Shown here piece after piece: positions 19,813-30,204 of a DNA stretch of 64,000 bases (position 1 is its first letter; each line of letters opens with the position of its first letter). The notes below the pieces were generated by a model, which did not search any database, was not told where the DNA came from, and saw only the letters and a list, made by a program, of their open reading frames with translations. The stretch comes from an uncultured Verrucomicrobiales bacterium (GTDB lineage: Bacteria; Verrucomicrobiota; Verrucomicrobiia; Verrucomicrobiales; DEV007). The stretch spans positions 28,504-92,503 of the forward strand of contig CAXBMX010000019.1 of assembly GCA_963977055.1 (NCBI GenBank). Direction: 5' to 3'. Made by a program: the position numbers and the translations under genes.

Positions 19813-21027
19813 ATGTCTAACAAATCGAGAATATGCGTTTGCACTCCCTACCCAGCTAGCGCTGAACCGCGAGGCCCTCGGCATGCTCGGGCCCTCGCCG
19901 AGCTATTCCCTGAAAGAGAAATCGTATTTTTAGACTGTGCCCCAATTGGATCGAAGAATGTTGCAACTCCCGCATTGGGGGAACTACCGAACCTTCGCTG
20001 GATCACCCATTATTTCCCGACAAAGAAGAACCCAATCATACTTTGCGTTCACAAACTTCGGGCTCGAATTGCCTCATTTTTTTTCCAAATCACCGGCCTC
20101 TTACTTCCTGAAATTTTCACGCCAAGAGTAATCGGAATTGAGAAGATACTCACGGATCTTGCCGCCGATGTTTACTTCCCACACAATATTGAACTTCTTC
20201 TCCCCACGCTCCGCTCCATGCCGGAGGGAAGCTCTTTGCTTTTTGATTGCATGGAATTTTATTCAGATATGGGAGCCGGCCAAACTCCCGCCATTCGCCG
20301 GGCGGTTTCAGAGCTTGAATCAGCAGCCATCCCCAAATGCACACTATTGACTACGAGCAGCCCACAAGTCTCGGCAGCCTACCTCGCAGCCTACGAGGCA
20401 AAAAAAACACTGTCACTTTACAATTGCCCCCCACGCTCCGACTCGATCGAACAAGGCGAGAGTGACCCAATAAAGCTGTACTGGAGAAACTCAGTCTTGG
20501 GGCTCGGACAACGAGGCCTGGAGGGCGCGCTTGACGCACTCGTTAACCTCCCCCACGACATTACTCTGCACCTGCAAGGGAATCTCGGTTTCGACAGAGG
20601 TGCCACACTCAAACGGGCGATCGACGACCGTAATCTCAAATCGAGAGTCTTTCTACTACCACCGCATGGTCCTGACGAAGCCGTTTCGGCCGCTTCGCCC
20701 CACACGATAGGCCTTTGTCTCGAACAAAGTGGAGTTCAGAATCACGAACTGACCGTTTCGAATAAAATATTCGACTACATGATGTCCGGGTTGGCTGTCA
20801 TCTCCAGCGATCTAACGGGGCTCAGCCAAGTCATTCATGACAGTAAGGGCGGGCTGCTCTTCGAGCCGGGCTCATCGGAATCTCTGGCCAATCAAATTCT
20901 TCACCTCAAGAACCACCCCGAAGAGCTTGCGAAACTTCGCAATAATGCCCGTTCCTATGCTCTCAAATACGGAAACCGTGAAGCTCAAATGAAAAGCTTT
21001 AAGCAAACTGTCATTTCCCATATATGA
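19813..21027 (+). CDS. Glycosyltransferase, GT-B / GT4-like
   Basis: QRGLE, SNKIFDYMMSGLAVISSD, GLLFEPGSSESLA. Confidence 0.82.
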   Translation: MSNKSRICVCTPYPASAEPRGPRHARALAELFPEREIVFLDCAPIGSKNVATPALGELPNLRWITHYFPTKKNPIILCVHKLRARIASFFFQITGLLLPEIFTPRVIGIEKILTDLAADVYFPHNIELLLPTLRSMPEGSSLLFDCMEFYSDMGAGQTPAIRRAVSELESAAIPKCTLLTTSSPQVSAAYLAAYEAKKTLSLYNCPPRSDSIEQGESDPIKLYWRNSVLGLGQRGLEGALDALVNLPHDITLHLQGNLGFDRGATLKRAIDDRNLKSRVFLLPPHGPDEAVSAASPHTIGLCLEQSGVQNHELTVSNKIFDYMMSGLAVISSDLTGLSQVIHDSKGGLLFEPGSSESLANQILHLKNHPEELAKLRNNARSYALKYGNREAQMKSFKQTVISHI

Positions 21028-21854
21028 AAAAACTCCTTCAAGCTGCTGGAAGCAAAATCCCCTATCGAATTCGCGGATGGGTTAAGCATATACCTGGAAT
21101 CAAGCAACTGCAGCACTCCCTGTTTGAATCTCACCTCTCGGGCGAAGCGTTCACCCATCAAATCCAAGGAGGTCCCGCAGATGGCCTCAACTATCCAATT
21201 CAACTTCCACAGGACAAACAAATCTGGATCGGAACCTACGAGCAGGAGTTCTCCGAACGACTAGCTGCCTTGATTCAACCGGGGTACACGTGCTACGACA
21301 TTGGGGGCTACCGGGGATACTTCTCTGGCGTCATGAGTCGCCAGGGGGCCTCAACAGTGCATACATTTGAACCGTTTCCGGAAAACATCACGCAGATTAA
21401 CAAAATGGTGGAACTCAACCCTTCCTCAAAAATTTTAGTGCATCAAATGGCGCTGGCAGATCAAACAGGGGAAACCGAATTTGTGGTTATGCCAGAATCA
21501 AGCATGGGAAAACTGGGGAACAGTAATTTTGATTCTGGGGATGATTCCACCGAAAAAATTCAAGTGACCATCGGAACTATTGATGCGCTGATAGACAACG
21601 GCTCAATCGCACCGGCAAACTTGTTGAAAATTGATGTCGAAGGTGCTGAGGCAATGGTCCTAAAAGGGGGGCAAAACATGATAGAAAAATTCAAACCACT
21701 ATTTCTGATTGAAGTGCACTCTCGAAAGCTCTGCAAAGAGTGCGTCGAATTTCTCGCCCCACTCGGCTACAGTTTTTCGATTCTCGAAACCAACAATGCT
21801 CCAAACTACGGCGCGGATCCGGAAGTTTGTCACTTGGTGGCCCTTCCTCAGTGA
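21024..21854 (+). CDS. FkbM-family methyltransferase
   Basis: YDIGGYRGYFS, TFEP, LLKIDVEGAEAMVLKGG, FLIEVH. Confidence 0.88.
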   Translation: MKKLLQAAGSKIPYRIRGWVKHIPGIKQLQHSLFESHLSGEAFTHQIQGGPADGLNYPIQLPQDKQIWIGTYEQEFSERLAALIQPGYTCYDIGGYRGYFSGVMSRQGASTVHTFEPFPENITQINKMVELNPSSKILVHQMALADQTGETEFVVMPESSMGKLGNSNFDSGDDSTEKIQVTIGTIDALIDNGSIAPANLLKIDVEGAEAMVLKGGQNMIEKFKPLFLIEVHSRKLCKECVEFLAPLGYSFSILETNNAPNYGADPEVCHLVALPQ

Positions 21855-21921
21855 AATCATAGCTCAACTTTTCGCCAAATAGTGGAGTTCCCTCAAGTTT
21901 GAACCATGACAAAGATTATAT

Positions 21922-22797
21922 ATGCTCGAAGAGCTTAGACGAACGTATCAATTCATTAACCGTCACCCCATCGGACGGAGGGCCAAACCTCAGGCTTGGA
22001 AGCGATGGGTGCAGTGGCAACTAGGCACCAGGCTGCTAAACGCCCCTGTAGTTATGCCTTGGATCGACGATTCCTCACTAGTCGCTGAAAGAGGAATGAC
22101 CGGGGCCACCGGAAACATTTACTGCGGCCTTCACGAGTTCGCTGATATGTCACTTCTATTGCATTATTTTTCGGCCCCCGATGAGACTGATAGATTTTAT
22201 GATATCGGGGCCAATGTTGGCTCCTACTCATTATTGGCCGGAAAAGTCTGTAAAGTTCCAGGACTGGCATTCGAGCCAGTCCCAACTACATTCAACGCTT
22301 TGGAACGCAATCTGAAGACCAATGAACTAGAGGGACTCATCCATGCCAAACGAACGGCGGTGGGAGCCAGTTCTGAATGGATCAAGTTCAGCACTGATCG
22401 AGGACCCACAAATCAGGTCGTTGACCATTCCTACAAAGGGTCTTCTCAAGATGTCCCGGTGATCACTCTTGATTCATTGATCGGTGAAAGCCCCGTCGCC
22501 TCGTTTTGGAAAATTGATGTGGAAGGCTTTGAAATGGAAGTGCTTGAGGGAGCAAAAGAAAGCCTGCAAAGCCCTCGAGTAAATGTCATTCTGTTAGAGG
22601 AGACCTCCGTTGCCATCGCGGCTATCATGTCAGATGCCGGATTTCGCCAGATGAGTTATGATCCATTCAGCCGAGAACTAATATCAGCCACCTCCGAAAC
22701 CAACCGGAATAACCAAGTTTGGATACGTAATCCTGAAAAAGTTCAGGAGCGCTGCCGAAATGCTCCAAAACGCGAGATTCTCGGAGTCGAATTCTGA
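21922..22797 (+). CDS. FkbM-family methyltransferase
   Basis: FYDIGANVGSYS, AFEPVP, VITLDSL, WKIDVEGFEMEVLEGA. Confidence 0.88.
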   Translation: MLEELRRTYQFINRHPIGRRAKPQAWKRWVQWQLGTRLLNAPVVMPWIDDSSLVAERGMTGATGNIYCGLHEFADMSLLLHYFSAPDETDRFYDIGANVGSYSLLAGKVCKVPGLAFEPVPTTFNALERNLKTNELEGLIHAKRTAVGASSEWIKFSTDRGPTNQVVDHSYKGSSQDVPVITLDSLIGESPVASFWKIDVEGFEMEVLEGAKESLQSPRVNVILLEETSVAIAAIMSDAGFRQMSYDPFSRELISATSETNRNNQVWIRNPEKVQERCRNAPKREILGVEF

Positions 22798-22840
22798 CTA
22801 GAAAATTCTAGCCCCCTGCACTCCTTTGCGACTCTTTAGT

Positions 22841-23235
22841 CATTTTCCCCCGACCAACGCTGCGGATATGCAGCGTGTTAGACCGGTCTGCATTTCAATG
22901 ACTCAATGTGGGATTCATCATCTCGGCTGCCACTAGTTAAAAGGAATTTGGAATTCCATTTATTCTGAATTACCAAGACGCACGGGTAAACAATTATTAC
23001 AAAGAACACTCTGAAATTTTTCCGATCATTTGAATCGTGAGTTCCGCGCGAGTTCCCTAGCATTTCTTCAGTTTTGAAAGCTTATCCCGAACAGCAAGAT
23101 AAATGGCACCCATGGCTCAGACTCAAATTCGGTCTGCGGCCTCCGATCCGTCAAAGCCAAGGGCAATCGCCAATCAATCACTTGACCGGAACACAACCCC
23201 GGCAAGACTTTACTTATGATGTGTCCCGCTTCCGG
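22841..23235 (+). pseudogene. Deleted, frameshifted relic homologous to the glycosyltransferase at 24278-25621
   Basis: HFPPTNAADMQRVR (22841-82) equals the N-terminus of that GT. FGIPFILNYQDARVNNYYKEH (about 22947-23009) matches YGVPFILDYQDPWVNDYYKEH. AYPEQQDKWHPWL (23080-118) matches AYPEQLDKRYPWL. Confidence 0.85.
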
Positions 23236-23295
23236 GATCGGGTCACTATTTCATGAATTGGGGCAGCATAGATTCAAGCCAGAGAGAAATCGCCG

Positions 23296-24222
23296 ATGAA
23301 ACATAGTATCTCCCGCCTCCAGACACCAAACCTCTTTGTCCCCGGGGCACCTAAAAGTGGAACCACATATCTGGCAAATATCCTTTGCACCCATCCCGAA
23401 GTCTTCATCCCCGGGGAAAAAGAACTCCATTTTTTTTGCGACTGGAAGTATGCCGAAGACAAGCGGCCCAACTACGAAAGTCGTTTTCACGATCGGGATT
23501 GTGATCAGAAACTCAAGTGGTGGGCGGATTGCTCAACTTCCTACTGGACCCAAGAAAGCGCGGCTTCCCTAATTCAAAAGCACTACCCGAACAGCAGAAT
23601 CCTAATTCTCTTACGCGATCCTATATCTCAAATTTACTCACATTATTGGCATTTAAGACGCCAGAACTTTCACTGTGAGAACACCGAAAAGTTGAACCTT
23701 CAAGAGGCCATTCAGCAATACCCTGAGCATTTGCTTGAGCCTGCGCTCTATTCCAAGCATCTATCCACGTGGAAAAATTACTTTGGAAGCAATGTAAAGG
23801 TTATCCTATTTGAGGACCTCATCAAAGGGCAAGAGAAACTGGACCAAATTTCTGAGTTTTTAGGTTTAAGCTCCACACTAAAATCCCCGGAGTCCCTCGA
23901 CTCCCGAGGCGGGGTGGAACCAAAGAACAAACTATTAGAGTCAGTTTATCGGAGCGCCTATCGAAACACGACTCGTGCCCTAATAAAGCCAGTCGATGCT
24001 ATTTTTGGCTGGGACAACTTCCTCAAGTATTTCAATCGAATTGGAGCCCGTCAGAAACTGGAGTTACTCTTCTACCGAAAAAAGTCCTCAAGGATCAGTG
24101 ATGAGGATGCCAGCTTCATCGTCGAACTACTCCGAGCGGATCTCAATAATTTGCCCGAGCAACTTGGTTTCCAGCCCGACTGCTGGCGCAGCTACCGCAT
24201 GGCACAAAACGATACTTCCTAA
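23296..24222 (+). CDS. Sulfotransferase (PAPS-dependent)
   Basis: 5'-PSB-like PNLFVPGAPKSGTTYL, KELHFF, 3'-PB-like ILLRDPISQIYSHY, YSKHL, FEDL. Confidence 0.9.
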   Translation: MKHSISRLQTPNLFVPGAPKSGTTYLANILCTHPEVFIPGEKELHFFCDWKYAEDKRPNYESRFHDRDCDQKLKWWADCSTSYWTQESAASLIQKHYPNSRILILLRDPISQIYSHYWHLRRQNFHCENTEKLNLQEAIQQYPEHLLEPALYSKHLSTWKNYFGSNVKVILFEDLIKGQEKLDQISEFLGLSSTLKSPESLDSRGGVEPKNKLLESVYRSAYRNTTRALIKPVDAIFGWDNFLKYFNRIGARQKLELLFYRKKSSRISDEDASFIVELLRADLNNLPEQLGFQPDCWRSYRMAQNDTS

Positions 24223-24277
24223 CGAAATTTGTCATCACGCCTCCCCTGCATCAGTAGTCCAAACGCGATCTATAGTA

Positions 24278-25621
24278 ATGCGAGTTCTAATTATTTCTCC
24301 TCACTTCCCTCCTACCAATGCAGCGGACATGCAACGGGTTCGTTTGATCACCCCATACCTAAAGGAGAACGGAATTGAGGCGGAAATACTTGCCGTCGAG
24401 CCAGGACAGGTCACGCAACCTCAAGACCCTTGGCTGGAAGAGGGCCTTCCCGCTGAGGTTCCTATTCACAGAGTTAAGGCACTTTCCCCTAAGTGGGGAT
24501 GCATCCCCGGATTTGGATCCTTAAGCTGGAGGGCGTACCATGCACTACGCAGAAAGGGCAGCCAACTACTCCGAAATTCAAACTTTGATCTCGTCTATTT
24601 TTCGAACACACAAGCCAGTATTCATAAGTTAGGTCCAGAGTGGAATTCACGGTATGGCGTTCCCTTTATTCTGGATTACCAAGACCCGTGGGTGAACGAC
24701 TATTACAAGGAGCACCCTGAACTCTCGCCTCCCGGTGGCCGGCTAAAATACGCCGTTGCCGATCGCATAAATCGATTCCTCGAGCCTCGTGTGCTGCGCC
24801 AGTGCTCCGGAATTACTTCAGTTTCGACAGCTTACCCCGAACAGCTAGATAAACGGTATCCATGGCTAGACGTGATCCAGGAGCACCCACATTCCGTTAC
24901 TGAAGGTTGCAAGGCACTTCACCAGTTTCCTTCCATTGTGCTCCCGTTCCCGGGAGACTCCATCGACCTGGAACGAACCAAGGCTGAAAAAGTCAGACAA
25001 CACTGCTTTGACCCAAACGGCGGGGAAACCAATTGGGTTTATGTTGGTGTTTGTCCCCCGCAAATGCACCCTGCGTTAAAGGGCCTCTTCAGCGCTTTGG
25101 AATTGGCTGGATCCCGATATCCCGATCAGCTGCGGAAACTTCGTTTGCACTTCATTGGAACCTCCTACGCAGCACCCGGCATGGGGCAAAGTTCGATTCC
25201 GGCTCTAGCCAAAGAGTTTGGCTTAGCTGAAAATGTCATTGAATCTCCCGATCGAATCCCCTATTCCGCGTCCCTTCGTTGCCTTCTCGATGCCGACGCC
25301 CTCATCGTCCTCGGTTCCGACGACCCCGGCTACACCGCCTCGAAAATCTATCCCTATCTGCTGGCCGGAAAACCTCTCGTAACAATCTTTCACGAACAAA
25401 GTTCCATCAATACGCTGATCCAAAATGTGGGCGGGGCAAATGCCTTTTCGTTCACCTCGGATACGCCAACATCCACGATTGCAAAGACCATCGCAGACAA
25501 TCTATTCTCAGATTCTCTCTCAATCGCCAAGGTCCCTCTTGATCTAGAGGCTTTCATTCCCCACACGGCAAGAAATCAGGCCAATAAATTGGCCCATTTT
25601 TTTCGCATTGTTCTACATTAA
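24278..25621 (+). CDS. Glycosyltransferase, GT-B / GT4-like
   Basis: MRVLIISPHFPP, DYQDPW, WVYVG, LHFIG, ADALIVLG, SKIYPYLLAGKP. Confidence 0.82.
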   Translation: MRVLIISPHFPPTNAADMQRVRLITPYLKENGIEAEILAVEPGQVTQPQDPWLEEGLPAEVPIHRVKALSPKWGCIPGFGSLSWRAYHALRRKGSQLLRNSNFDLVYFSNTQASIHKLGPEWNSRYGVPFILDYQDPWVNDYYKEHPELSPPGGRLKYAVADRINRFLEPRVLRQCSGITSVSTAYPEQLDKRYPWLDVIQEHPHSVTEGCKALHQFPSIVLPFPGDSIDLERTKAEKVRQHCFDPNGGETNWVYVGVCPPQMHPALKGLFSALELAGSRYPDQLRKLRLHFIGTSYAAPGMGQSSIPALAKEFGLAENVIESPDRIPYSASLRCLLDADALIVLGSDDPGYTASKIYPYLLAGKPLVTIFHEQSSINTLIQNVGGANAFSFTSDTPTSTIAKTIADNLFSDSLSIAKVPLDLEAFIPHTARNQANKLAHFFRIVLH

Positions 25622-25629
25622 TTCAGCAA

Positions 25630-27330
25630 ATGCGGCTCGAATTCTCAAAACTCAAACGACTCACTCGAAGCAATCGGCACGAGTTAAAGCAGTTGCCTCA
25701 AACTTTCAGTGAGCTTTCCGAAGGCTCCGCGCGCCTCTACCGAGGAGGGTATCTGGCAGTGATTTCGGCACTCGCATTCGGCCTTGTTTACCTGGCACTA
25801 ATCGATTCTTTTGACACGATTCCTTACTTCTTCTCAATTGGGATTGTTACGATTTTCGCGCTTCACGCCTGGCTAAGAAATGGCCTATCCAGTATTCCTC
25901 TGCTCCCGGTCTTTATTCTCCAGCAATCCATCATTTACTCGCTCCCGATGGTGGTTCAAGACGAAGCCTTCCTCAAAACCTCAGAGAGGACCCTGCTTTC
26001 CTCTTCTTTTGCGATCTGTCTATTCATTTTGGCGCTCATTGGCGGATGGTCCTATGGCAAAACGATCGTCAAGCGCCCCCCACCTTCTCGTTTCGTACTC
26101 CTTTCCAGCCACCTGAAACGCGACCGCACTCGCATTCTCCAAGTTGGCCTCTCTCTTCTCCTCTTCGGCTTTCTATTCAACATTTTTAACCGAACGGGCC
26201 TTCTTCACGCAATTCTTCCGGATGAATTCATCGGCCTTCTCGCCATTCTTCGCGCGGGCGCGGACGCGTCCACCTTGTTGGGTGCCACCATCAGCGGCAT
26301 GTTTCTAGCCCTCAAACCGAAAGATATCTGGACCTGGTCCTTCGCTCTCCTCGTTATCGCCAATATAGGATTTTCATTGATCGATTTCCGGCTCGCGGCG
26401 GCCTCGACCATTATTATTTCCACCGCGGCCGGCCTTTCTCTGGCTAAACGTCGCGTACCTTGGGTTTTCTTGATTTCAGCCTTCCTGATCTTTGGTTTTC
26501 TGAACCAAAGTAAATTCATCATGCGCGATCGCTACTGGGAAGGAGATGCAACATGGGTGGATGTGCCACTGAAAGAAATACCCAAATTGTACCGGGAATG
26601 GTTCTCAACCAGCGCCAAAATGTTTACCGGTAATGGCGATTCATTTAAAAAATCGATTGTCGCAAAGACTTCAAGCGTCGATTCAGGCCAATCGATTATA
26701 GAACGCATCGACAATTTGCAAAACTTGATCTGGGCAGTGGATGCCGTGCAAGAAAAGAATATCCCTGTTCTCAATGGGAAAACCTACCTTCTCGTCCCCA
26801 AGCTTCTTTTTCCCCGCTTCCTCTGGAAGGACAAGCCAAGAGTCCACGAAGGGCAGGTGCTCTTAAACCTTCACTTCCAGCGACAGTTTTCGGTTAAGCA
26901 AACAGAGAGGACCTATATTGCTTGGGGGGCGCTCCCTGAAGCTGTCGGGAATTTCGGCATCGTTTTCGGGCCTGCCCTGATTGGACTGCTTATCGGGATC
27001 TTCCTGGGCCTCATCGAAAAGATCTCCATTCATCAGCGCTTTTTCTCCATCGAAGGGTTACTCCTTATTGGATTTTTGCTCAAAATGGGAGTGTCTCACG
27101 AGATGGTCGCATCAGTGTTTATCACCTCCTTCTTTCAATTTTCAGTCCTCATCATAGCTGCCGGAATGGCATTCCGAATCTGGATCGGCCCAACTGACGC
27201 CGCCGCCGCTTACGCATACCCCTCTTCGCGAAAGAAGAGGGAGTCCGAGTCGGAAAACGCTCCCTTAACGAATCCCGCTCAAAAAAGCACGCCAACCACC
27301 CGCCCCTGGCCACCCACCAATGACGGCTAA
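25630..27330 (+). CDS. Polytopic membrane protein, Wzy (polymerase)-like, paralog 1
   Basis: About 11-13 hydrophobic segments, a large loop, motifs MRDRYW, FPRFLWKDKP, WGALPEAVGNFG. Confidence 0.6.
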   Translation: MRLEFSKLKRLTRSNRHELKQLPQTFSELSEGSARLYRGGYLAVISALAFGLVYLALIDSFDTIPYFFSIGIVTIFALHAWLRNGLSSIPLLPVFILQQSIIYSLPMVVQDEAFLKTSERTLLSSSFAICLFILALIGGWSYGKTIVKRPPPSRFVLLSSHLKRDRTRILQVGLSLLLFGFLFNIFNRTGLLHAILPDEFIGLLAILRAGADASTLLGATISGMFLALKPKDIWTWSFALLVIANIGFSLIDFRLAAASTIIISTAAGLSLAKRRVPWVFLISAFLIFGFLNQSKFIMRDRYWEGDATWVDVPLKEIPKLYREWFSTSAKMFTGNGDSFKKSIVAKTSSVDSGQSIIERIDNLQNLIWAVDAVQEKNIPVLNGKTYLLVPKLLFPRFLWKDKPRVHEGQVLLNLHFQRQFSVKQTERTYIAWGALPEAVGNFGIVFGPALIGLLIGIFLGLIEKISIHQRFFSIEGLLLIGFLLKMGVSHEMVASVFITSFFQFSVLIIAAGMAFRIWIGPTDAAAAYAYPSSRKKRESESENAPLTNPAQKSTPTTRPWPPTNDG

Positions 27331-28930
27331 CCATCAGGCTCCTGGCGTTCAGCCAATCCGTCCGAAAAAGCAGCTGACTCCAGGGTCATTTGGCGCACTC
27401 GGCCTCCGACTAAGGCGCCTCTGGCATCCACTAAACTGGCTACTGTTGATGGTATGCCTCATCACATTCAGCATCGTGGCCATCAAGCCCGATTCACCTG
27501 CGTTTCCCTTTTTGATGATCACCGCCCCGTGTTTGGTCGCGCTGTTTGTGTGGTCCAGATGCTCCCTAAAATCAATCCCTTTACTCCCCTTATTCCTGAT
27601 CCAACAGGGAGTGTTATATGGCATATCCTTACTGAATTTTGATACGGGTTCGGATCGCCTCCCTCCGGCTATTATTTCTCTGGCCAGTTTGAATGTCGGG
27701 CTCTTTTTTGTTGCACTACTAATCGGGTGGAGCCTGGGAATTCACGCCATCAAGGTACCTCCGCCGACACGATGGCCACTGCTTCAGCAAAACAACAGCA
27801 GCCACATGAAGAATGCTCGCATGCTATCCATATGGCTTCTCGTCGGCTCTATTTTTTTCCAACTGCTCATTAAGTCCGGCTGGTTGCACCAACTTCTTCC
27901 TGATGGGCTGTGGAGCGTCTTCCCCCTCCTGAGAGCCTTCTCTGATGCGGCCACGATGCTGGGGGCACTGATCGGCAGCCTCACGATCCGTTTCCGCTCC
28001 GATGAATTCACCACCTGGCTGTTCTGGGGTTGTGTCATCAGCCTCTTCTTTTTCTCCGTTTCCAATTTGATCCTGGCCACAGCGACAGGGCTCATCATGG
28101 CCCTGGCCGCCGGACAGGCTTTGAAGAACCATCGCCCCCCGTGGACGTTCGCGCTAATCAGCCTGTTGATTCTGGCGTTCTTCAATCAGGGCAAAATACA
28201 GATGCGGGATAAATACTGGCCCTCCGGCTCGACGGATGTCGAAGTACATATAGGCCGTATGCCCGCTTTCTTTCAGGATTGGGCCGTCACCAGTATACAC
28301 GCACTTCCCAGTTCGTCTCAAACCAGAGACACGGCAGTCGATTCGGAAAGTAGCCAGTCCCTTCTTGAACGCATTAACAACATCAACAATCTGACTTTCG
28401 TAATCCGGGCCATTGAAGAACAGAACATCAGTCAACTCAACGGAGAAACCTACGCACTCATCCCCCCCTTGTTGGTGCCTCGGTTTCTTTGGAAAGCCAA
28501 GCCCCGGGCTCACGAAGGACAGGCGACCCTAAACCTTCACTTTCGCCGCCAGCTCACCCGGGCCGAGACGGAAAAAACCTATATTGCCTGGGGACTACTC
28601 CCTGAAGCAGTCGGCAACTTCGGGGTCTTTTTTGGGCCCCTGATTCTCGGAATTGGATTCGGGGTACTTCTCGGAGCGCTCGAAAAATACGCTTACAACA
28701 AAATACTTTTCTCCATTGAGGGCCTGATTCTGATTGGATTCTTACTAAAGTTGGCGATTTCATACGAAATGGTTGCCAGCGTATTCGTTACCACGACTTT
28801 TCAATTTATGGTGGTCATCAGTCTGGCCGGAGGGCTCATGCGCCTCTGGATGAACCGGCGCGGCGCTGCCTTCCCCCCCAAGACTCACGCGAGAACACCC
28901 CCCAGTACACCTGGACAGCGCGAGACCTAG
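27320..28930 (+). CDS. Polytopic membrane protein, Wzy (polymerase)-like, paralog 2
   Basis: Collinear with paralog 1: SIPLLP, MRDKYW, VPRFLWKAKPRAHEGQ, TYIAWGLLPEAVGNFG, FSIEGL, EMVASVF. Confidence 0.6.
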   Translation: MTANHQAPGVQPIRPKKQLTPGSFGALGLRLRRLWHPLNWLLLMVCLITFSIVAIKPDSPAFPFLMITAPCLVALFVWSRCSLKSIPLLPLFLIQQGVLYGISLLNFDTGSDRLPPAIISLASLNVGLFFVALLIGWSLGIHAIKVPPPTRWPLLQQNNSSHMKNARMLSIWLLVGSIFFQLLIKSGWLHQLLPDGLWSVFPLLRAFSDAATMLGALIGSLTIRFRSDEFTTWLFWGCVISLFFFSVSNLILATATGLIMALAAGQALKNHRPPWTFALISLLILAFFNQGKIQMRDKYWPSGSTDVEVHIGRMPAFFQDWAVTSIHALPSSSQTRDTAVDSESSQSLLERINNINNLTFVIRAIEEQNISQLNGETYALIPPLLVPRFLWKAKPRAHEGQATLNLHFRRQLTRAETEKTYIAWGLLPEAVGNFGVFFGPLILGIGFGVLLGALEKYAYNKILFSIEGLILIGFLLKLAISYEMVASVFVTTTFQFMVVISLAGGLMRLWMNRRGAAFPPKTHARTPPSTPGQRET

Positions 28931-28950
28931 TTCTCAATTCTCTCCCAATC

Positions 28951-30165
28951 GTGCCCAAAAAGTCGAAGCATCATCTGCGCCTTGCCGTCGTTCTTTCGCA
29001 CCCGGTGCAGTATTACTCACCGTGGTTCCGCGAGATCGCACGGGAGTCACGCCTGGATCTCAAAGTGTTTTACCTATGGGATTCCGGAGTGGCTAAAACA
29101 GAAGACCGCACCTTTCAGACTTCATTCTCCTGGGACATCCCTCTCCTCGATGACTACGAGTCCGAATTCGTCACCAACCTGAGTCGGGATCCCGGCACGC
29201 ACCATTTCTCCGGACTCGACAATCCCGGGCTAATCGACGCAATCTCCCAGTGGGGGCCGGATGCCATTCTCATTTTCGGCTACGCCTGGAAGACTCACCT
29301 TAAGGTTCTCTTTTCTCCTCAGCTCAGGCGAATCCCCAAACTTCTCCGGGGAGATTCTCACGATCTCCACCCCCGGACTGGCCTCAAGGCAACTCTCATC
29401 AAACAGCTCAAACGCGGGATCCTCAAACGTTTCTCACACTGCCTCGCGGTGGGCCACGCAAACCGGGAATATCTGCTCGAACACGGAGTCGCAGAGAGGA
29501 ACATCACTCTCGTACCGCACTGCGTGGACAATGCCCGCTTCTCGACGGAAGTGGAAACTTCCCGGGAAGCGGCCGCCGACTGGAAAGCCGGAATGGATTT
29601 GTCATCAGACCGCCCCGTGGCTCTGTTCGCCGGCAAATTCGAACCCAAGAAACGCCCAGGGGACCTTCTTGAAGCCTTCCTCAAACTTCCTCACACGAAC
29701 ACATCAGCGGCTCCGGCCTTACTCATGGTGGGCGGGGGTCCGCTCGAGGCGGAATTGAGAAGGCAGGCAGGAGAGGCTCTCGGAAAAACGGTGTTTTTTG
29801 CTCCCTTCCAGAATCAAAGCCAGATGCCAAAAGTCTACGCTGCCGGCTCATTCATTGTGCTACCCTCATTCGGCAACGGTGAAACCTGGGGACTGGCCAT
29901 CAACGAAGCCATGAATCTGTGCCTTCCGGCCATCGTCAGTTCGCATGTGGGTTGTGCCCGAGATCTAATCATTCCCAATGAAACGGGTTGGATCTTTGAA
30001 TCGAGTAATGTGAGCGAACTCCAATCAATACTTAAAGAGGCTCTATCCGATCTCGGGAAAACGCGGAAGATGGGGCACTCAGCCAAGGCGCATATTGCCT
30101 CTTTTTCCTATGAGGAGGCAACAAAGACGTTACTCTCCGCCTTGGAAGGACTAAAAGACAACTAG
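28951..30165 (+). CDS. Glycosyltransferase family 4
   Basis: HPVQYYSP, LFAGKFEPKKRP, ETWGLAINEAM, VGCARDLI. Confidence 0.9.
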   Translation: MPKKSKHHLRLAVVLSHPVQYYSPWFREIARESRLDLKVFYLWDSGVAKTEDRTFQTSFSWDIPLLDDYESEFVTNLSRDPGTHHFSGLDNPGLIDAISQWGPDAILIFGYAWKTHLKVLFSPQLRRIPKLLRGDSHDLHPRTGLKATLIKQLKRGILKRFSHCLAVGHANREYLLEHGVAERNITLVPHCVDNARFSTEVETSREAAADWKAGMDLSSDRPVALFAGKFEPKKRPGDLLEAFLKLPHTNTSAAPALLMVGGGPLEAELRRQAGEALGKTVFFAPFQNQSQMPKVYAAGSFIVLPSFGNGETWGLAINEAMNLCLPAIVSSHVGCARDLIIPNETGWIFESSNVSELQSILKEALSDLGKTRKMGHSAKAHIASFSYEEATKTLLSALEGLKDN

Positions 30166-30204
30166 CTCTTCATCGAACCGCAACATCTGCTCCCTATTGC
30201 CATC

